In this document: in pieces, positions 22,194-32,988 of the stretch
How the letters are laid out: every line of letters begins with the position of its first letter
Numbering within the stretch: the first letter of the stretch is position 1
Assembly (NCBI GenBank): GCA_965204535.1
Contig: OZ241996.1
Coordinates: forward strand, 1-64,000
Reading direction: 5' to 3'
DNA from: a bacterium
Lineage (GTDB): Bacteria > UBA8248
DNA: 64,000 nt
Program-made: the position numbers and the translations under genes
Notes under the pieces: model-generated
Told to the model about the DNA's origin: nothing
The model's input: only the letters and a program-made list of their open reading frames with translations
The model's database searches: none

Positions 22194-22408
22194 AAATTGA
22201 TTCCTATGATCCCACCTAAACATATGATGGGATATACGTCCTCGGGCAGAGGAAAACCTAGAAATGTTATCAAATTTAAACGGGAAATGCAAGAAAAGTT
22301 TGAGGTTAATGAATTCTGTCGCAACAACCAATAACCGAGTTCATTGTCACTCGCATTGTTATGAGTAAGTCCGTTCACTCCCTTCATAAGGAGGGGATAT
22401 CCAAGAGG

Positions 22409-25400
22409 CTACTTGGTGCCGAATAAGCCACGGAGTCCTTTTTGCAAAGTTTTTTCGAGTTTTTTCCCCAATTGCTCAAGTTGGCTTTCCCCTCTATCCA
22501 ATTCTTTCGTGGAATCTTTATCAGGCGTTGTTCGATTATCCTTCGGCGTCGGCACTATTTTTTGCACCCCTTCTATAGCAGTGCCGAGAATTCCAGTTAC
22601 GATATCCTTCACATTGCCTCCCAAGTTCTGCGCCTTCTCAAACAGACCCAAAAACATCGGCTCCACAATCGCGTCCAGAAAATGAAACTCCGGATCATCC
22701 AAACGCCCTGTTACCCGAACATTCAGTTTAATGGTATCGCCCGGTCTCTCGAATAGGCGGAATACAGACTCACGGAGCAATTTCACCACGAGGTCTACCA
22801 GGGGAAACTTCTCGTCGGGTTTCAAACGCAATCCGGTAATCTGCGCGGTCCCACTCAAATTCAAACGGCTCTTTCTCAACGAATAAGTGGATTTAAAATC
22901 CAGCGTGCCCCTTGTGATCTCGGTCCCTCGCATCAACAAGGCGCTGGCATTCTCTCCCTTGCTGTCACGGATATAAGGAGATATTTTGCGTAGGTCGAAA
23001 CGCGAGAGGTTGAAAATTCCATCTACATCAGGAGGCACCAAGCTGGGGTTCAAGTTCGCCTTCACCAAGATTGAGGGAGATTTCCCCGGCGTTCTCAATT
23101 CCAAGTATGTTTTTCGCAGGTCTGAAGCCATCAGTGTATTCAAATTCGTTACCGAAAGCCTTGTGTTCGGAACGCTTAAAACAACCGGCGGTTTATCTGC
23201 AGCGATGAAATCCTGAAAGTGAAACCCCATACTGACAACTTCGAGTTTCGCGATTCTAATCATCGGGAAAAGTGGCCCACTTTTCTTTTCTTCGGTCTTT
23301 CCGCGTTTCCTGGGTACGGTCTTTGTATCTGCCGGCACCGTTTGGTCTCGGCTTCTCGCCCGCTGGGTTCGTTTCTCACCTATCTTCGCCATTTTGAACA
23401 AAGAGTCAAAATTAGTTTTTCCCTTTTCCCCACGAACATATCGAGCGTTTAGCTTCTCGATCCGTACGCTTGGCGATCGTATCTGGCCCCGCAAGACTGA
23501 CGGGCGATCCAAGGATGCGCTCAAATCCCGAAGAACCACGTCGGGTGTCATATTCGGCTTGCTCAAATCGATTGTCTTCAGTGTCGGAATCCGAATGTTT
23601 ATCGCATCGTCATCCCCTTGCCCCGAAATACTTCCCGCCAACTTCAAATTTGGGTAGGTGACGTGCGAAAATGATTGAAGATTCGCGACAACCGACCATT
23701 TAGCAGAAATCGACCGCGCTTTCTTTCTGTTTCTCGAAATTTCCATCGAGCCTTTAGCGGTGCCGACTACTGAAAATTTAGATACCGGCGGTCCCAAAAT
23801 ACTCTCGGCAAACCGGGCCGCGCCCTCAAGGCTCGACACCGACCAGTGGAGTTCGCCTGAACCGATGCCATTCATGCTCCAATCGGTGGACTTCGATGTG
23901 CGAAAATTTCCGAACAACAAGTTAAGGTTCAGGCTTTGCAGCCTTCCGGATTGATTTTGGAGATCATAGGAGCCCGCTGTTTTAATGCGGAACTTACCCG
24001 TGCGAAGCGGCCTCCAGTCGCGGCTTATCAGCGCAAGGAATTCTCCGCTCAGTTCTTCGCTCGTTAGGTCGAGGCTGTAGTTTATCTTTTTCCCGGGAAC
24101 GTACGAAAAATCTATATTCCCGCCAATCTCTCCGGCCGGATTACGAATAGCAGCAGGAAGACTTACGAATTTCACCCAAGGGGATATACGAACCAACTCG
24201 AATGAGGCAGAACCTTTATAGGAGAACCCAAGCCCACCTTTTCTGTTTCTCGTCCCGGCAAGCAAAATTTTCAGTTTTTTCTTCTTGTTCTTGGGTCCTA
24301 GTTTTATGGGACCCGCCACCAATTGGCCCAGCCAAATTTCGGCGGCGCTCAAATCCATGACATCAAGTGTTAACGAAAATTCATCCCTGCCTCTTTGGTT
24401 CCACAAAGCCTCACGATTCAGATACGCCCTCGCAAAGGGAAGCCTCAAATCCAAAATCTGGATTTCAGCGGAACCATTCGAGGCAAGATAGGAACCGCTC
24501 GATCGAAGCTCTAAAGATTCCAGGAAAACTTCGCGCCACTTTTCCTTTGAAATGATTTTGGCCCTCGCACCGAGTTTTTTCCCGACAATATCTGCCTTCC
24601 ACCTGAGGGCACCATCCGGAGTCGAGGATATCTGCAATACACCGCTCACCTTTCCAGTAGCTTTCTGTACATTACCGGGAAAAGGAACCAATTCCACAAG
24701 TGGCGCAATCGGCAAAGAGTCAAAACGCGCGTTCGCATCTACCCTCAAGACCGAGCGGATTTTCCGGTTTCGCGACAAGGCGACATGAAAACGGAGCTTT
24801 GCATCTCGTGGTACGTCTCCAAGCGGCATTAACCAGAATCTCTGCATGAAATCACCCGCAGATGAGAAGTCACTCACGTCTACGGAAAACGCGGCTTCAT
24901 CATTGCCATCTACATTCCATTTCGCGGGCTTTTCGAGTTTCGCTGTGGCGAATGGCAATTCGATTTCCAATATCTCCAATTGCGCGGATTCATTCTGCAT
25001 ATCGAAGTTTCCTCTCGAATGAAGAACTGTTCTCCCCAATTCGAGAGTTTCCCATCGTTCTCTCTTGTTTGTTCTCACGCTTGCACCGAAGTCCTGGGCT
25101 TCCAAAGCTATTTCCCATTTCACCCGCTCACCGGAGATAAATACCACGTTCGCCTTTCCGCCTGCGTTTCCATTTAGCTTCGAGACATTGGCGACGGGGG
25201 GAATGAATTTATTAAATAGCGCCAGATCCACCGGATCAAAACGAGATTTAATCTCAAAACGGATGAAGTTGTCCGGCATTTTGCGGTTCCATTCCGCTGA
25301 CACGAGAATTCGGGCCGTCGCGCTCTCCCTCAGCCCTTGAGGCGAAATGTTAGAGATACGTGAAATCCACTCACCCACTACACGCATATCACGGATGTTC

Positions 25401-26563
25401 GCTTCCGCATGTACTTCATCTTTTGCCGAAACGTTCCAGAACGCAGGTTTCGTTAAATTGACTTCCAGAAAATAAGTATCAACGAAGAAAGTCTCGATGC
25501 GAGCAGAACCATCGAACAGATTGAATCGGCCCTTCGTCTTCAGTTTCAATCCAGGCAATGTCAGAGTTCGCCATTTTGCTTGGGGATTCAGTTTAATATC
25601 GGCGTGTATGGTCCGTCCTTGCAAATCAACATCCCAGGTAAGAGGTTTTCCAACGATAAGGTCGAACTTCAAATTCCCTGAAAAAATTCCTTTCCTGAAA
25701 CGATACCCCGGGATTGTCGGCGCCAAAACATCCAAGATAGTTGCATCGAACAGGGGCATTTCGAGCGACGCGCGATAACTTGGCCCCTTCATATCAATGT
25801 TCACATCGCCTTTTAACTGTATGAATTGTTGGCCGTCAGGTACCCGACATTTTCCGTCTAAAAAACCATCCAATGGTTCGCCCGGTTTTATTCTGTCGAC
25901 TTCGACGTGGGCAAAAGAACATGACCCGTCGAAAGCTGGTGTGGTATCACTGGCTTCAAGTCGTAATTCGGTTTTCACGTCATAAAGATCGAGTTCGTGA
26001 ATGACAAAATTGAATTCTGATTCAGAACCTTGCGGGATACCCTCCGCCGCTTCAGCGGATTTGATGAATGAAAACGTATTTTCCGTACGCGTCGATGCCG
26101 CTTTGTTCATTCCCTGATTTAGCCCATCAATGATGTCCTGAAAATTGAACCGGCCGTCTCCATCCCGATGCACACGGGCGGAGGCGCCATTTATAGTGAG
26201 CTGGAGAATGCTGATACGCTTGTAAATCAGGGCCGATGGATTCAGCAGTATTTCAACATTATCGAATCGAACAAAAGGTGTCTTGCTCTTTGCCCCGCCT
26301 TTTTCTGTTTGCCCGTTGATGACGACTCCACTCGCTTCGATCTTGAACAATCCCAGTTCCAGCCGGTCGATGGATACTTTACGACCGAGAATTTTTTGCC
26401 CTTCTCTCTCCGCGATTCTGATTACCTCATCTGAGGAAAGAAAAATTTGCACGGCGACGATCACAACGATTGTCAAAACGAAACTTATGCCGGCAATCCA
26501 AACCAACCATTTCAAGAATCGATACATAGTGGACCCATTGCGGAAAACAAAAAGGCGACTCAT
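22409..26563 (-). CDS. Large AsmA-like / DUF748-like protein with internal repeats
   Basis: N-terminal anchor, GRKVSI..RDGDGRFNFQDI AsmA-type N-terminus, VTGRLDDPEF C-terminus; start may be about 36 nt downstream. Confidence 0.75.
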   Translation of the reverse strand: MSRLFVFRNGSTMYRFLKWLVWIAGISFVLTIVVIVAVQIFLSSDEVIRIAEREGQKILGRKVSIDRLELGLFKIEASGVVINGQTEKGGAKSKTPFVRFDNVEILLNPSALIYKRISILQLTINGASARVHRDGDGRFNFQDIIDGLNQGMNKAASTRTENTFSFIKSAEAAEGIPQGSESEFNFVIHELDLYDVKTELRLEASDTTPAFDGSCSFAHVEVDRIKPGEPLDGFLDGKCRVPDGQQFIQLKGDVNIDMKGPSYRASLEMPLFDATILDVLAPTIPGYRFRKGIFSGNLKFDLIVGKPLTWDVDLQGRTIHADIKLNPQAKWRTLTLPGLKLKTKGRFNLFDGSARIETFFVDTYFLEVNLTKPAFWNVSAKDEVHAEANIRDMRVVGEWISRISNISPQGLRESATARILVSAEWNRKMPDNFIRFEIKSRFDPVDLALFNKFIPPVANVSKLNGNAGGKANVVFISGERVKWEIALEAQDFGASVRTNKRERWETLELGRTVLHSRGNFDMQNESAQLEILEIELPFATAKLEKPAKWNVDGNDEAAFSVDVSDFSSAGDFMQRFWLMPLGDVPRDAKLRFHVALSRNRKIRSVLRVDANARFDSLPIAPLVELVPFPGNVQKATGKVSGVLQISSTPDGALRWKADIVGKKLGARAKIISKEKWREVFLESLELRSSGSYLASNGSAEIQILDLRLPFARAYLNREALWNQRGRDEFSLTLDVMDLSAAEIWLGQLVAGPIKLGPKNKKKKLKILLAGTRNRKGGLGFSYKGSASFELVRISPWVKFVSLPAAIRNPAGEIGGNIDFSYVPGKKINYSLDLTSEELSGEFLALISRDWRPLRTGKFRIKTAGSYDLQNQSGRLQSLNLNLLFGNFRTSKSTDWSMNGIGSGELHWSVSSLEGAARFAESILGPPVSKFSVVGTAKGSMEISRNRKKARSISAKWSVVANLQSFSHVTYPNLKLAGSISGQGDDDAINIRIPTLKTIDLSKPNMTPDVVLRDLSASLDRPSVLRGQIRSPSVRIEKLNARYVRGEKGKTNFDSLFKMAKIGEKRTQRARSRDQTVPADTKTVPRKRGKTEEKKSGPLFPMIRIAKLEVVSMGFHFQDFIAADKPPVVLSVPNTRLSVTNLNTLMASDLRKTYLELRTPGKSPSILVKANLNPSLVPPDVDGIFNLSRFDLRKISPYIRDSKGENASALLMRGTEITRGTLDFKSTYSLRKSRLNLSGTAQITGLRLKPDEKFPLVDLVVKLLRESVFRLFERPGDTIKLNVRVTGRLDDPEFHFLDAIVEPMFLGLFEKAQNLGGNVKDIVTGILGTAIEGVQKIVPTPKDNRTTPDKDSTKELDRGESQLEQLGKKLEKTLQKGLRGLFGTK

Positions 26564-26684
26564 AAAGCATAAGATAATTTAGGTTTCATACCACTACCTC
26601 ATGTTATATATTAGCAAAATACAATTTTTTGTGTCTTCTTAATGTTTGAAACTGAATTCCTCTTTTTTGTAATGAATCGCTTAT

Positions 26685-27980
26685 ATGAATAAGAATCCCG
26701 TTGACACGAACACAGATACTCAACGCCCAAAATCGAATCGAGGTCGAGAAGTCTTTTCCTGGTGCATGTACGATTTTGCGAACTCCGCTTTTCCAACACT
26801 TATCGTAACAGTTGCTTACAGCGTCTATTTCAAGACAATCGTAGTGGGGGGCGGTGGGAGAGGAGATTTCCTATGGGGGATTGCGCTCTCAATGGCCATG
26901 ATTTTAAGCGTGTCCATCACCCCGCCATTGAGCGCGGTCGCCGACAAGCGAAGCACCCGAAAACGCTTTTTGGTGCTTTTCGCCTATATTTGCGTATTGG
27001 CCACCGCCCTTTTGGCAAATGTAACCGCCGGTATGATCTTTACCGGGATGGCGCTTTTCATCATCGCCACCGGTGCATTCGAAAGCTCTCTCATCTTCTA
27101 CAACTCTTTTTTGCCCGACGTCTCCACGCCGAGAACCATCGGGAAGGTTAGTGGCTGGGGCTGGGGACTTGGATATCTGGGCGGTCTGCTTTGTCTTTTT
27201 TTGGTCAAACCTTTGTTGGCGGGAGGGTTTTCACAGGAAAATCTTCCCTTGTTCCGTATGAGCTTCGTTGCGGTCGCCGGGTTTTATGGCCTGTTCACGA
27301 TCCCGTTAATTTTTTGGTTACGCGAGACCAAAGGCAATACCATAAAACCAAACGAAAAAGGCGCTTTCGCCGAACTATGGAATACGCTCCAGGACACGAG
27401 AAAAACTCCGGGCGCAATCAGGTTTCTTATCGCCTTTTTCCTCTATAACGACGGAATTGTCACCGTCATTTCTTTCAGTTCGATCTATGCGGTTTCTACG
27501 TTGAAATTCAGCATGGGCGAAGTATTGGGTCTCTTTATAATGGTTCAAGTCTCGGCCGGCGTAGGCGCGTTTGCGCTCGGGTATCTGGTGGACGCCTGGG
27601 GGGCGCGGAAGACGATCCTGCTGACCCTGGTGAATTGGTGTGTAGTCGTCATCGTGGCCTATTTCACTGAAACGAAATACGTCTTTCTGGGTATCTCGCT
27701 ACTGGCGGGACTATCCCTCGGTTCTAGCCAATCTGCAAGCCGCTCACTCATGGCCAGCTATATTCCTGAAAAAAGATCCGCGCAATCATTTTCGTTTTAC
27801 GGTATTTGCGGCAAAATGAGTTCGGTTCTCGGCCCACTTGTTTTCGGAGGCGTTTCCGCACTTACTGGAGAGCAAAGAACAGCAATATTATCCGTGCTCG
27901 TCTTTTTCCTGGTGGGAGGCGCCTTGCTGTGGCTAACGCCGGAAACCAAGAAATCGGCTCTGGCGAACCAGGAGCTATGA
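26685..27980 (+). CDS. MFS transporter (UMF1/Atg22-like)
   Basis: WCMYDFANSAF, FYNSFLP, SGWGWGLGYLGG and QSASRS. Confidence 0.9.
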   Translation: MNKNPVDTNTDTQRPKSNRGREVFSWCMYDFANSAFPTLIVTVAYSVYFKTIVVGGGGRGDFLWGIALSMAMILSVSITPPLSAVADKRSTRKRFLVLFAYICVLATALLANVTAGMIFTGMALFIIATGAFESSLIFYNSFLPDVSTPRTIGKVSGWGWGLGYLGGLLCLFLVKPLLAGGFSQENLPLFRMSFVAVAGFYGLFTIPLIFWLRETKGNTIKPNEKGAFAELWNTLQDTRKTPGAIRFLIAFFLYNDGIVTVISFSSIYAVSTLKFSMGEVLGLFIMVQVSAGVGAFALGYLVDAWGARKTILLTLVNWCVVVIVAYFTETKYVFLGISLLAGLSLGSSQSASRSLMASYIPEKRSAQSFSFYGICGKMSSVLGPLVFGGVSALTGEQRTAILSVLVFFLVGGALLWLTPETKKSALANQEL

Positions 27981-28052
27981 TGCGTTTACTCTCTCTCCGA
28001 AAGCGCGACATGTTGAGCGTTTTGTCTCCTGCAGCCATCTCCCGGAGTTGAC

Positions 28053-28418
28053 TTGGAGTTTCGTGAACAGATTTACCAAAGGCTGATGTTTCATCTTGGA
28101 GAAGTCGAAGTTTCTAAGGAAACTGTCGATGCCTTCACGTCCGACATTGTCCATATTCTTGACCGCGTTACGCAAGACAGAATATACGAGGCGAGTTTAC
28201 GCCAAATTCTCCAGCGTTACGCCGGTGAGTGGGCGGAGCAGTCTTCTCGTAGGATTCTGGATTCCAAAAGTGATGAAGCCACGGAAATCGTATATGAAAT
28301 GATTGACCGCCAAGCCAGAAACCGTGCTGTCCGCGCACTCAGGAAAGTCCTGCTCGAAACACTGCAAGGCCAGAAAAAACCATTGGACGATCTCGATTTT
28401 TTTGACGAAACCGAATGA
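28053..28418 (+). CDS. Hypothetical protein
   Basis: 121-aa ORF filling the gap between co-oriented genes; GGAG upstream. Confidence 0.6.
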   Translation: MEFREQIYQRLMFHLGEVEVSKETVDAFTSDIVHILDRVTQDRIYEASLRQILQRYAGEWAEQSSRRILDSKSDEATEIVYEMIDRQARNRAVRALRKVLLETLQGQKKPLDDLDFFDETE

Positions 28419-28439
28419 TTCTCAAGATAGAGGTTCTCG

Positions 28440-28835
28440 ATGCCAGAAAAAAATTTAGCGGAAGAAATCGCAAAACGCAGGGGTCGCAGATACCCGGCTC
28501 ATGAATTCATCGCCGAGAAATTTCCCGACTACATGGAAGCGCTTTTACATCTCGATGAGATCATCCGCGCGAAAGAAAGAAGATTCAATGAAGCAATGCA
28601 TGAACTCTTTCATATCATAGCACTCGCCGTTGAGGGTTCGAATCCGCATAATCAGCCACACCTCAAACAGCATCTGAAGAAAGGTCTCAAATTAGGCTTA
28701 CACCCGGAAGAAATAGCTGAAGCACTTATGGTCTGCGTAAACCCGGCGGGCTCCAAGGTCCTCACGTATGGCGTCACCTGTATGCTCGAAGCAATGGATG
28801 AACTCAAAGCCGAGGGTTGGACATATCCCGACTAA
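28440..28835 (+). CDS. Carboxymuconolactone decarboxylase/AhpD-like protein
   Basis: HLKKGLKLGLHPEEIAEAL pattern; GAGG RBS. Confidence 0.7.
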   Translation: MPEKNLAEEIAKRRGRRYPAHEFIAEKFPDYMEALLHLDEIIRAKERRFNEAMHELFHIIALAVEGSNPHNQPHLKQHLKKGLKLGLHPEEIAEALMVCVNPAGSKVLTYGVTCMLEAMDELKAEGWTYPD

Positions 28836-28869
28836 ATTAGCTATTTCTCTTAAGCACATCCTTGGAGGC

Positions 28870-29199
28870 TCACGCTTCTGCTCGAATTGCCTCTTCACGT
28901 AATGGAGAATAAATACCGATATATGTGATGGGTGTGGGGGCATCCAGTCGATGCGGCACTCCTTTGGGTATGTGAACCACCTGGCCCGCTTTGACATTGC
29001 GCGTTTCACCGGCGACTGTAAACGTAGCTTCGCCCTTCATGAGATATACGAGTTGCTCCACATCATGAGTATGGTCCTGTTCCGTTCCTCCCTCTCTTTC
29101 GATATACAACATCATGACCTGCTCACCGACGACGATCCTGCGCTCCCTGCCCGGCATCTTTTGGGGTTCAATTTCCGTCAGATCATAGAAATATTGCAT
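28870..29199 (-). CDS. Cupin domain protein
   Basis: HTHDVEQ...G and IPKGVPH motifs; AGGAG RBS. Confidence 0.88.
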   Translation of the reverse strand: MQYFYDLTEIEPQKMPGRERRIVVGEQVMMLYIEREGGTEQDHTHDVEQLVYLMKGEATFTVAGETRNVKAGQVVHIPKGVPHRLDAPTPITYIGIYSPLREEAIRAEA

Positions 29200-29368
29200 C
29201 AGCCTACTCCTTTTGGTTTACGTTTCGAATAGATTTTCCGATTGTTGACTTTTGGAGCCACAATCGCAAAATCATCACAAAACCCGCCTTGCAATCACAC
29301 ACCCATCATCCCTAGAATCCTCTCCTGTTTCGTCGAACCTCCGCAGTTTACTAGAGGATAAATTCTTG

Positions 29369-30778
29369 GTGAATACCGACATCCGAGTTCGCTTTGCTCC
29401 ATCCAACACGGGCCACCTCCATATCGGTGGCGCGAGGACAGCACTGTTTAACTGGTTTTTTGCGAAACATCACGAAGGCACAGCCATTTTAAGAGTCGAA
29501 GATACCGACCGGCAACGCTCTACGGAAGAATACTACGACGCAATCCTGGAAGCATTCAATTGGCTGGGTCTCGAATGGGATGAAGGCCCATACCGTCAAT
29601 CTCAGCGGATGGATTTATACCAAGAAGCAGCCAATAAACTCCTATCTTCCGGCAATGCCTATCGGTGTACGTGCACACCAGATGAAGTGAACGCAATGCG
29701 TGAACGAGCTCGCGCCGAGGGGAAAACACCGAAATACGACGGCACCTGTCGGGATCGATATGACAAGGACCCGGATATTCCATTTTGCCTTCGCCTCCGG
29801 GTGCCTGATACCGGAGAAACCATTGTCAATGACATCCTTGCCGGAGAAGTATTGTTCGAGAATTCACAACTCGACGATATGGTCATCGTCCGAACTGATG
29901 GGACCCCCACATACAATTTTTGCGTGGCTATCGATGACATCGATATGAAGATTAGCCATGTGATACGCGGCAACGACCATCTATCCAATACCCCCAGACA
30001 AGCTCTCGTCTATCGGGCCTTGAATGAACCCACACCAACATTCGCACATATATCGATGATATTGGGACCCGACAAAAAAAGACTTTCAAAGCGTCATGGC
30101 GCAGATTCGGTATTGGAATACAAAGAGCGCGGCTTTCTCCCCAATGCGTTGATCAACTATCTCGTTCGTCTCGGGTGGAGTCACGGGGATCAAGAAATTT
30201 TCTCCAAAGAAGAAATTATCGCAAAATTTTCCTTAGAAAATTTGAACAGGTCTGCCGCGATCTTCAATCCGGAAAAATTATTGTGGCTGAATCAGGAATA
30301 CATTAAATCGACTGATGGTGATTTCCTCGTCAAATCGCTCGATACAGGTCTTAGGGAACTGGGCTTATCACCAGAGCTGCTCACACATGGAACACGCAAG
30401 GGCATTGTGGATGAGCTCAGAACCCGTTCGAGAACTTTAACGGATATGATAGATGGCGCTCGTTTTTTCTTTGAAAATGAAGTCGAGTTGGACGAGAAAG
30501 CTGCATCGAAATTCCTGAATTCCGAAAGTTCAAGCCTAATCATGAAATTGCGGGATGAACTCACCAATATCGATACATTTTCAACTGAAAACGTCAAATC
30601 GGCTTTTCATCACGTAATGGAAGAAGAAGCCGTAAAGCTCGGCAAACTGGCTCAACCCGTACGCGTCGCCATTACGGGCGGAACCATCAGTCCCGGTATC
30701 TTTGAAACACTCAGCCTTCTTGGAAAAGAGAAGAGTCTCCACCGCCTCGACGCGGCTTTGGCCAGAATCAATCAATAA
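29369..30778 (+). CDS. gltX: Glutamate--tRNA ligase
   Basis: RFAPSNTGHLHIGG, LRVEDTD, IRGNDH, LSKRHGA; start placed at GTG 29369. Confidence 0.96.
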   Translation: MNTDIRVRFAPSNTGHLHIGGARTALFNWFFAKHHEGTAILRVEDTDRQRSTEEYYDAILEAFNWLGLEWDEGPYRQSQRMDLYQEAANKLLSSGNAYRCTCTPDEVNAMRERARAEGKTPKYDGTCRDRYDKDPDIPFCLRLRVPDTGETIVNDILAGEVLFENSQLDDMVIVRTDGTPTYNFCVAIDDIDMKISHVIRGNDHLSNTPRQALVYRALNEPTPTFAHISMILGPDKKRLSKRHGADSVLEYKERGFLPNALINYLVRLGWSHGDQEIFSKEEIIAKFSLENLNRSAAIFNPEKLLWLNQEYIKSTDGDFLVKSLDTGLRELGLSPELLTHGTRKGIVDELRTRSRTLTDMIDGARFFFENEVELDEKAASKFLNSESSSLIMKLRDELTNIDTFSTENVKSAFHHVMEEEAVKLGKLAQPVRVAITGGTISPGIFETLSLLGKEKSLHRLDAALARINQ

Positions 30779-30796
30779 TTGACTTCACCATCGTCC

Positions 30797-30825
30797 TTGA
30801 CGAATAAAGAACTCATACATATAAA
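30797..30825 (+). promoter_or_regulatory. Sigma70-like promoter of the tRNA
   Basis: TTGACG-17 bp-TATAAA ending 13 nt before the tRNA. Confidence 0.6.
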
Positions 30826-30837
30826 CATCTAGGTTTT

Positions 30838-30911
30838 TGGGGGATCGTCTAGCGGCAGGACACCAGACTCTGGATCTGGGTACGGAGGTTCGAATCCTCC
30901 TCCCCCAGCCA
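30838..30911 (+). tRNA. tRNA-Gln (anticodon CTG)
   Basis: Acceptor TGGGGGA/TCCCCCA, anticodon arm CCAGA-CTCTGGA-TCTGG, GGAGG-TTCGAAT-CCTCC, encoded CCA. Confidence 0.97.
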
Positions 30912-30979
30912 CTCAATTCTTACGAGTTATATTCGGCGCACGGAATTTCGTAGTATTCTTTCATCCTTTATCCAAGGAG

Positions 30980-31642
30980 ATGACAATGACTCTAAGAATC
31001 AATGATGAAGTACCAGATTTTTCCGCCGATACGACCCAAGGCTCTATCAATTTTCATGAATGGATCGGTAATGGTTGGGCCATCATATTTTCGCATCCAA
31101 AGGACTTTACACCCGTATGCACCACGGAACTCGGGACTATGGCCGGACTCAAGCCGGAATTCGATAAAAGAAACTGCAAAGTGATTGGCATCAGCGTCGA
31201 CGGAGTTTCCGATCATGAGAAATGGTCGAAAGATATCGAAAGCTCTCAAGGGCATGCTGTGAATTATCCCCTGATTGGCGATCCCGAACTTAAAATCGTT
31301 AAAGCCTTTGACATGCTGCCTGCCGACGCAGGCGACACCTCAGATGGCCGGACGGCCGCAGATAATGCGACGGCACGCTCGGTTTTCATTATCGGGCCGG
31401 ACAAGAGAATCAAGGCGACGCTCACCTATCCAATGAGCACAGGCCGGAATTTTAGCGAAATCCTGAGACTGCTCGATTCCTGCCAGTTGACGGCCAGTGA
31501 ACAGGTGGCGACCCCGGCGAACTGGCAACAGGGCGAAGACGTGATTATTTTGCCGGCCGTTTCGGATGAGGATGCGAAGAAGAAATACCCGGAGGGGTGG
31601 GAATCGCCGCTTCCCTACATTCGGGTTGTAAAACAACCATAG
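30980..31642 (+). CDS. 1-Cys peroxiredoxin (Prx6)
   Basis: FSHPKDFTPVCTTE, YPMSTGRNF, ATPANW. Confidence 0.95.
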   Translation: MTMTLRINDEVPDFSADTTQGSINFHEWIGNGWAIIFSHPKDFTPVCTTELGTMAGLKPEFDKRNCKVIGISVDGVSDHEKWSKDIESSQGHAVNYPLIGDPELKIVKAFDMLPADAGDTSDGRTAADNATARSVFIIGPDKRIKATLTYPMSTGRNFSEILRLLDSCQLTASEQVATPANWQQGEDVIILPAVSDEDAKKKYPEGWESPLPYIRVVKQP

Positions 31643-31710
31643 GTAGGGGCATTGCAATCACCGATTGATGCGACCAAGCAGGTACAGGGCTAATACCTCG
31701 TTTCAGATAA

Positions 31711-31746
31711 AAAAAGAGCCGCGGCTGATACAAGCCGCGGCTCTTT
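31711..31746. terminator. Rho-independent terminator between convergent genes
   Basis: AAAGAGCCGCGGCT / AGCCGCGGCTCTTT stem with an A-run. Confidence 0.85.
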
Positions 31747-31766
31747 ATGCTTTCCTATGAAAAAGC

Positions 31767-32762
31767 TTAGTTTTTCCAACCCTCTGCAGCCATGGCCTCT
31801 TTCACCATGCTCAGATCCATGCCTTCCTTACGAAGATCCACTGTACGTTTCGCTTTTCGCTTTTTCAGAAGAACCTTGCCCATGTGATCAAACCATTTGT
31901 AATCCGCCTCAGATGGGAGAAGGCCGAAAGTCAGATCGTTCACAGAAGCTTTCACTATTTTGAGCTTGATCTTCGAACCTTTCGATTGTAGATGGTTCAG
32001 GTATACACGTGCAAACTTATCGCGGTTGTCTCTGTGCAATTTCATGCCACGAATGAATCCTCTCAAAAACTTCGTATACACATCTCTATCTTTCTTGAGG
32101 GTTTTTCCGTTGGCCATTAAAATCCACAGGTTGTTTGCATATTTGCAAAAAGTTTCCACTGTGCGGGCATATCCCCTGTCGATGGCAATGGCAGCTTGCG
32201 GGTTATTCAAAGCTATCATATCCACTGTCCGGGATTTAAGCGCCGCCATGCGGGTATCATTGTTCATGTTCACGGTCGTGAAATCTTTCACGGTTAAACC
32301 ATATTCCGGCAAGATGAAGGTTGTCAGCGTGAAATAAGTACCCGTAGCTTTACCTACTCCAAGTCTTTTGCCCTTCAAGTCATGCAAGGTTTTCACAGGT
32401 GATTTTGGAGATGTGAGAATTTTATTTGCTTTGCACCAATAATTTGCATTTCCGATTCCAGGGGCATTCGCTCTTTTCGATATGGCTGAGTAAAAAGCAC
32501 GGTCGGCAGCGCCACCAATATCAAGAGAGTTCGCCAAAATCGCCTGACGCATTAATTTGCCCTGTGGGAATTGTTTAATGGTGTATTTTCCCTTGCCGAT
32601 GGTTTGATTATAATAGCCCATCTTATGAGCAACGATGGTGACCGCTCCCATAACAGAGCGATGGTGGCCGATGCGGAATGGCGCTGCGTGAGCGGAAAAT
32701 ACCGTCAACAAAACTCCCGCCATGGCCAGGGCGACAACTAGAAAAATACCTCTGCGATTCAT
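31767..32762 (-). CDS. ABC substrate-binding protein (SsuA/NMT1-like)
   Basis: Signal peptide ending AHA; SPVKTLHDLKGKRLGV; GGAGG RBS. Confidence 0.82.
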   Translation of the reverse strand: MNRRGIFLVVALAMAGVLLTVFSAHAAPFRIGHHRSVMGAVTIVAHKMGYYNQTIGKGKYTIKQFPQGKLMRQAILANSLDIGGAADRAFYSAISKRANAPGIGNANYWCKANKILTSPKSPVKTLHDLKGKRLGVGKATGTYFTLTTFILPEYGLTVKDFTTVNMNNDTRMAALKSRTVDMIALNNPQAAIAIDRGYARTVETFCKYANNLWILMANGKTLKKDRDVYTKFLRGFIRGMKLHRDNRDKFARVYLNHLQSKGSKIKLKIVKASVNDLTFGLLPSEADYKWFDHMGKVLLKKRKAKRTVDLRKEGMDLSMVKEAMAAEGWKN

Positions 32763-32988
32763 TACAAAATCCTCCTTGAGATTCATTGGCCCGAAGGCAT
32801 CCATGGGTGAAACAGCAAGAAGAGCAACCCGTTACCGGGAAGCAAATTTCAATGTCGAAAATCCCATCAAATCAATATGAGAGAAACGTATCATACCTTG
32901 TGACATAATTGCATCCTGCTTTGCCCCCGGAATTAATCTCTCATTTTCCATCCCGAAAAAATCTCCGACCTGTTTCGACTTGTTTTGA

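Noticed and set aside
30838-30911. tRNA-Gln as an island integration site
   Set aside because: No duplicated tRNA 3' end or integrase seen in the window
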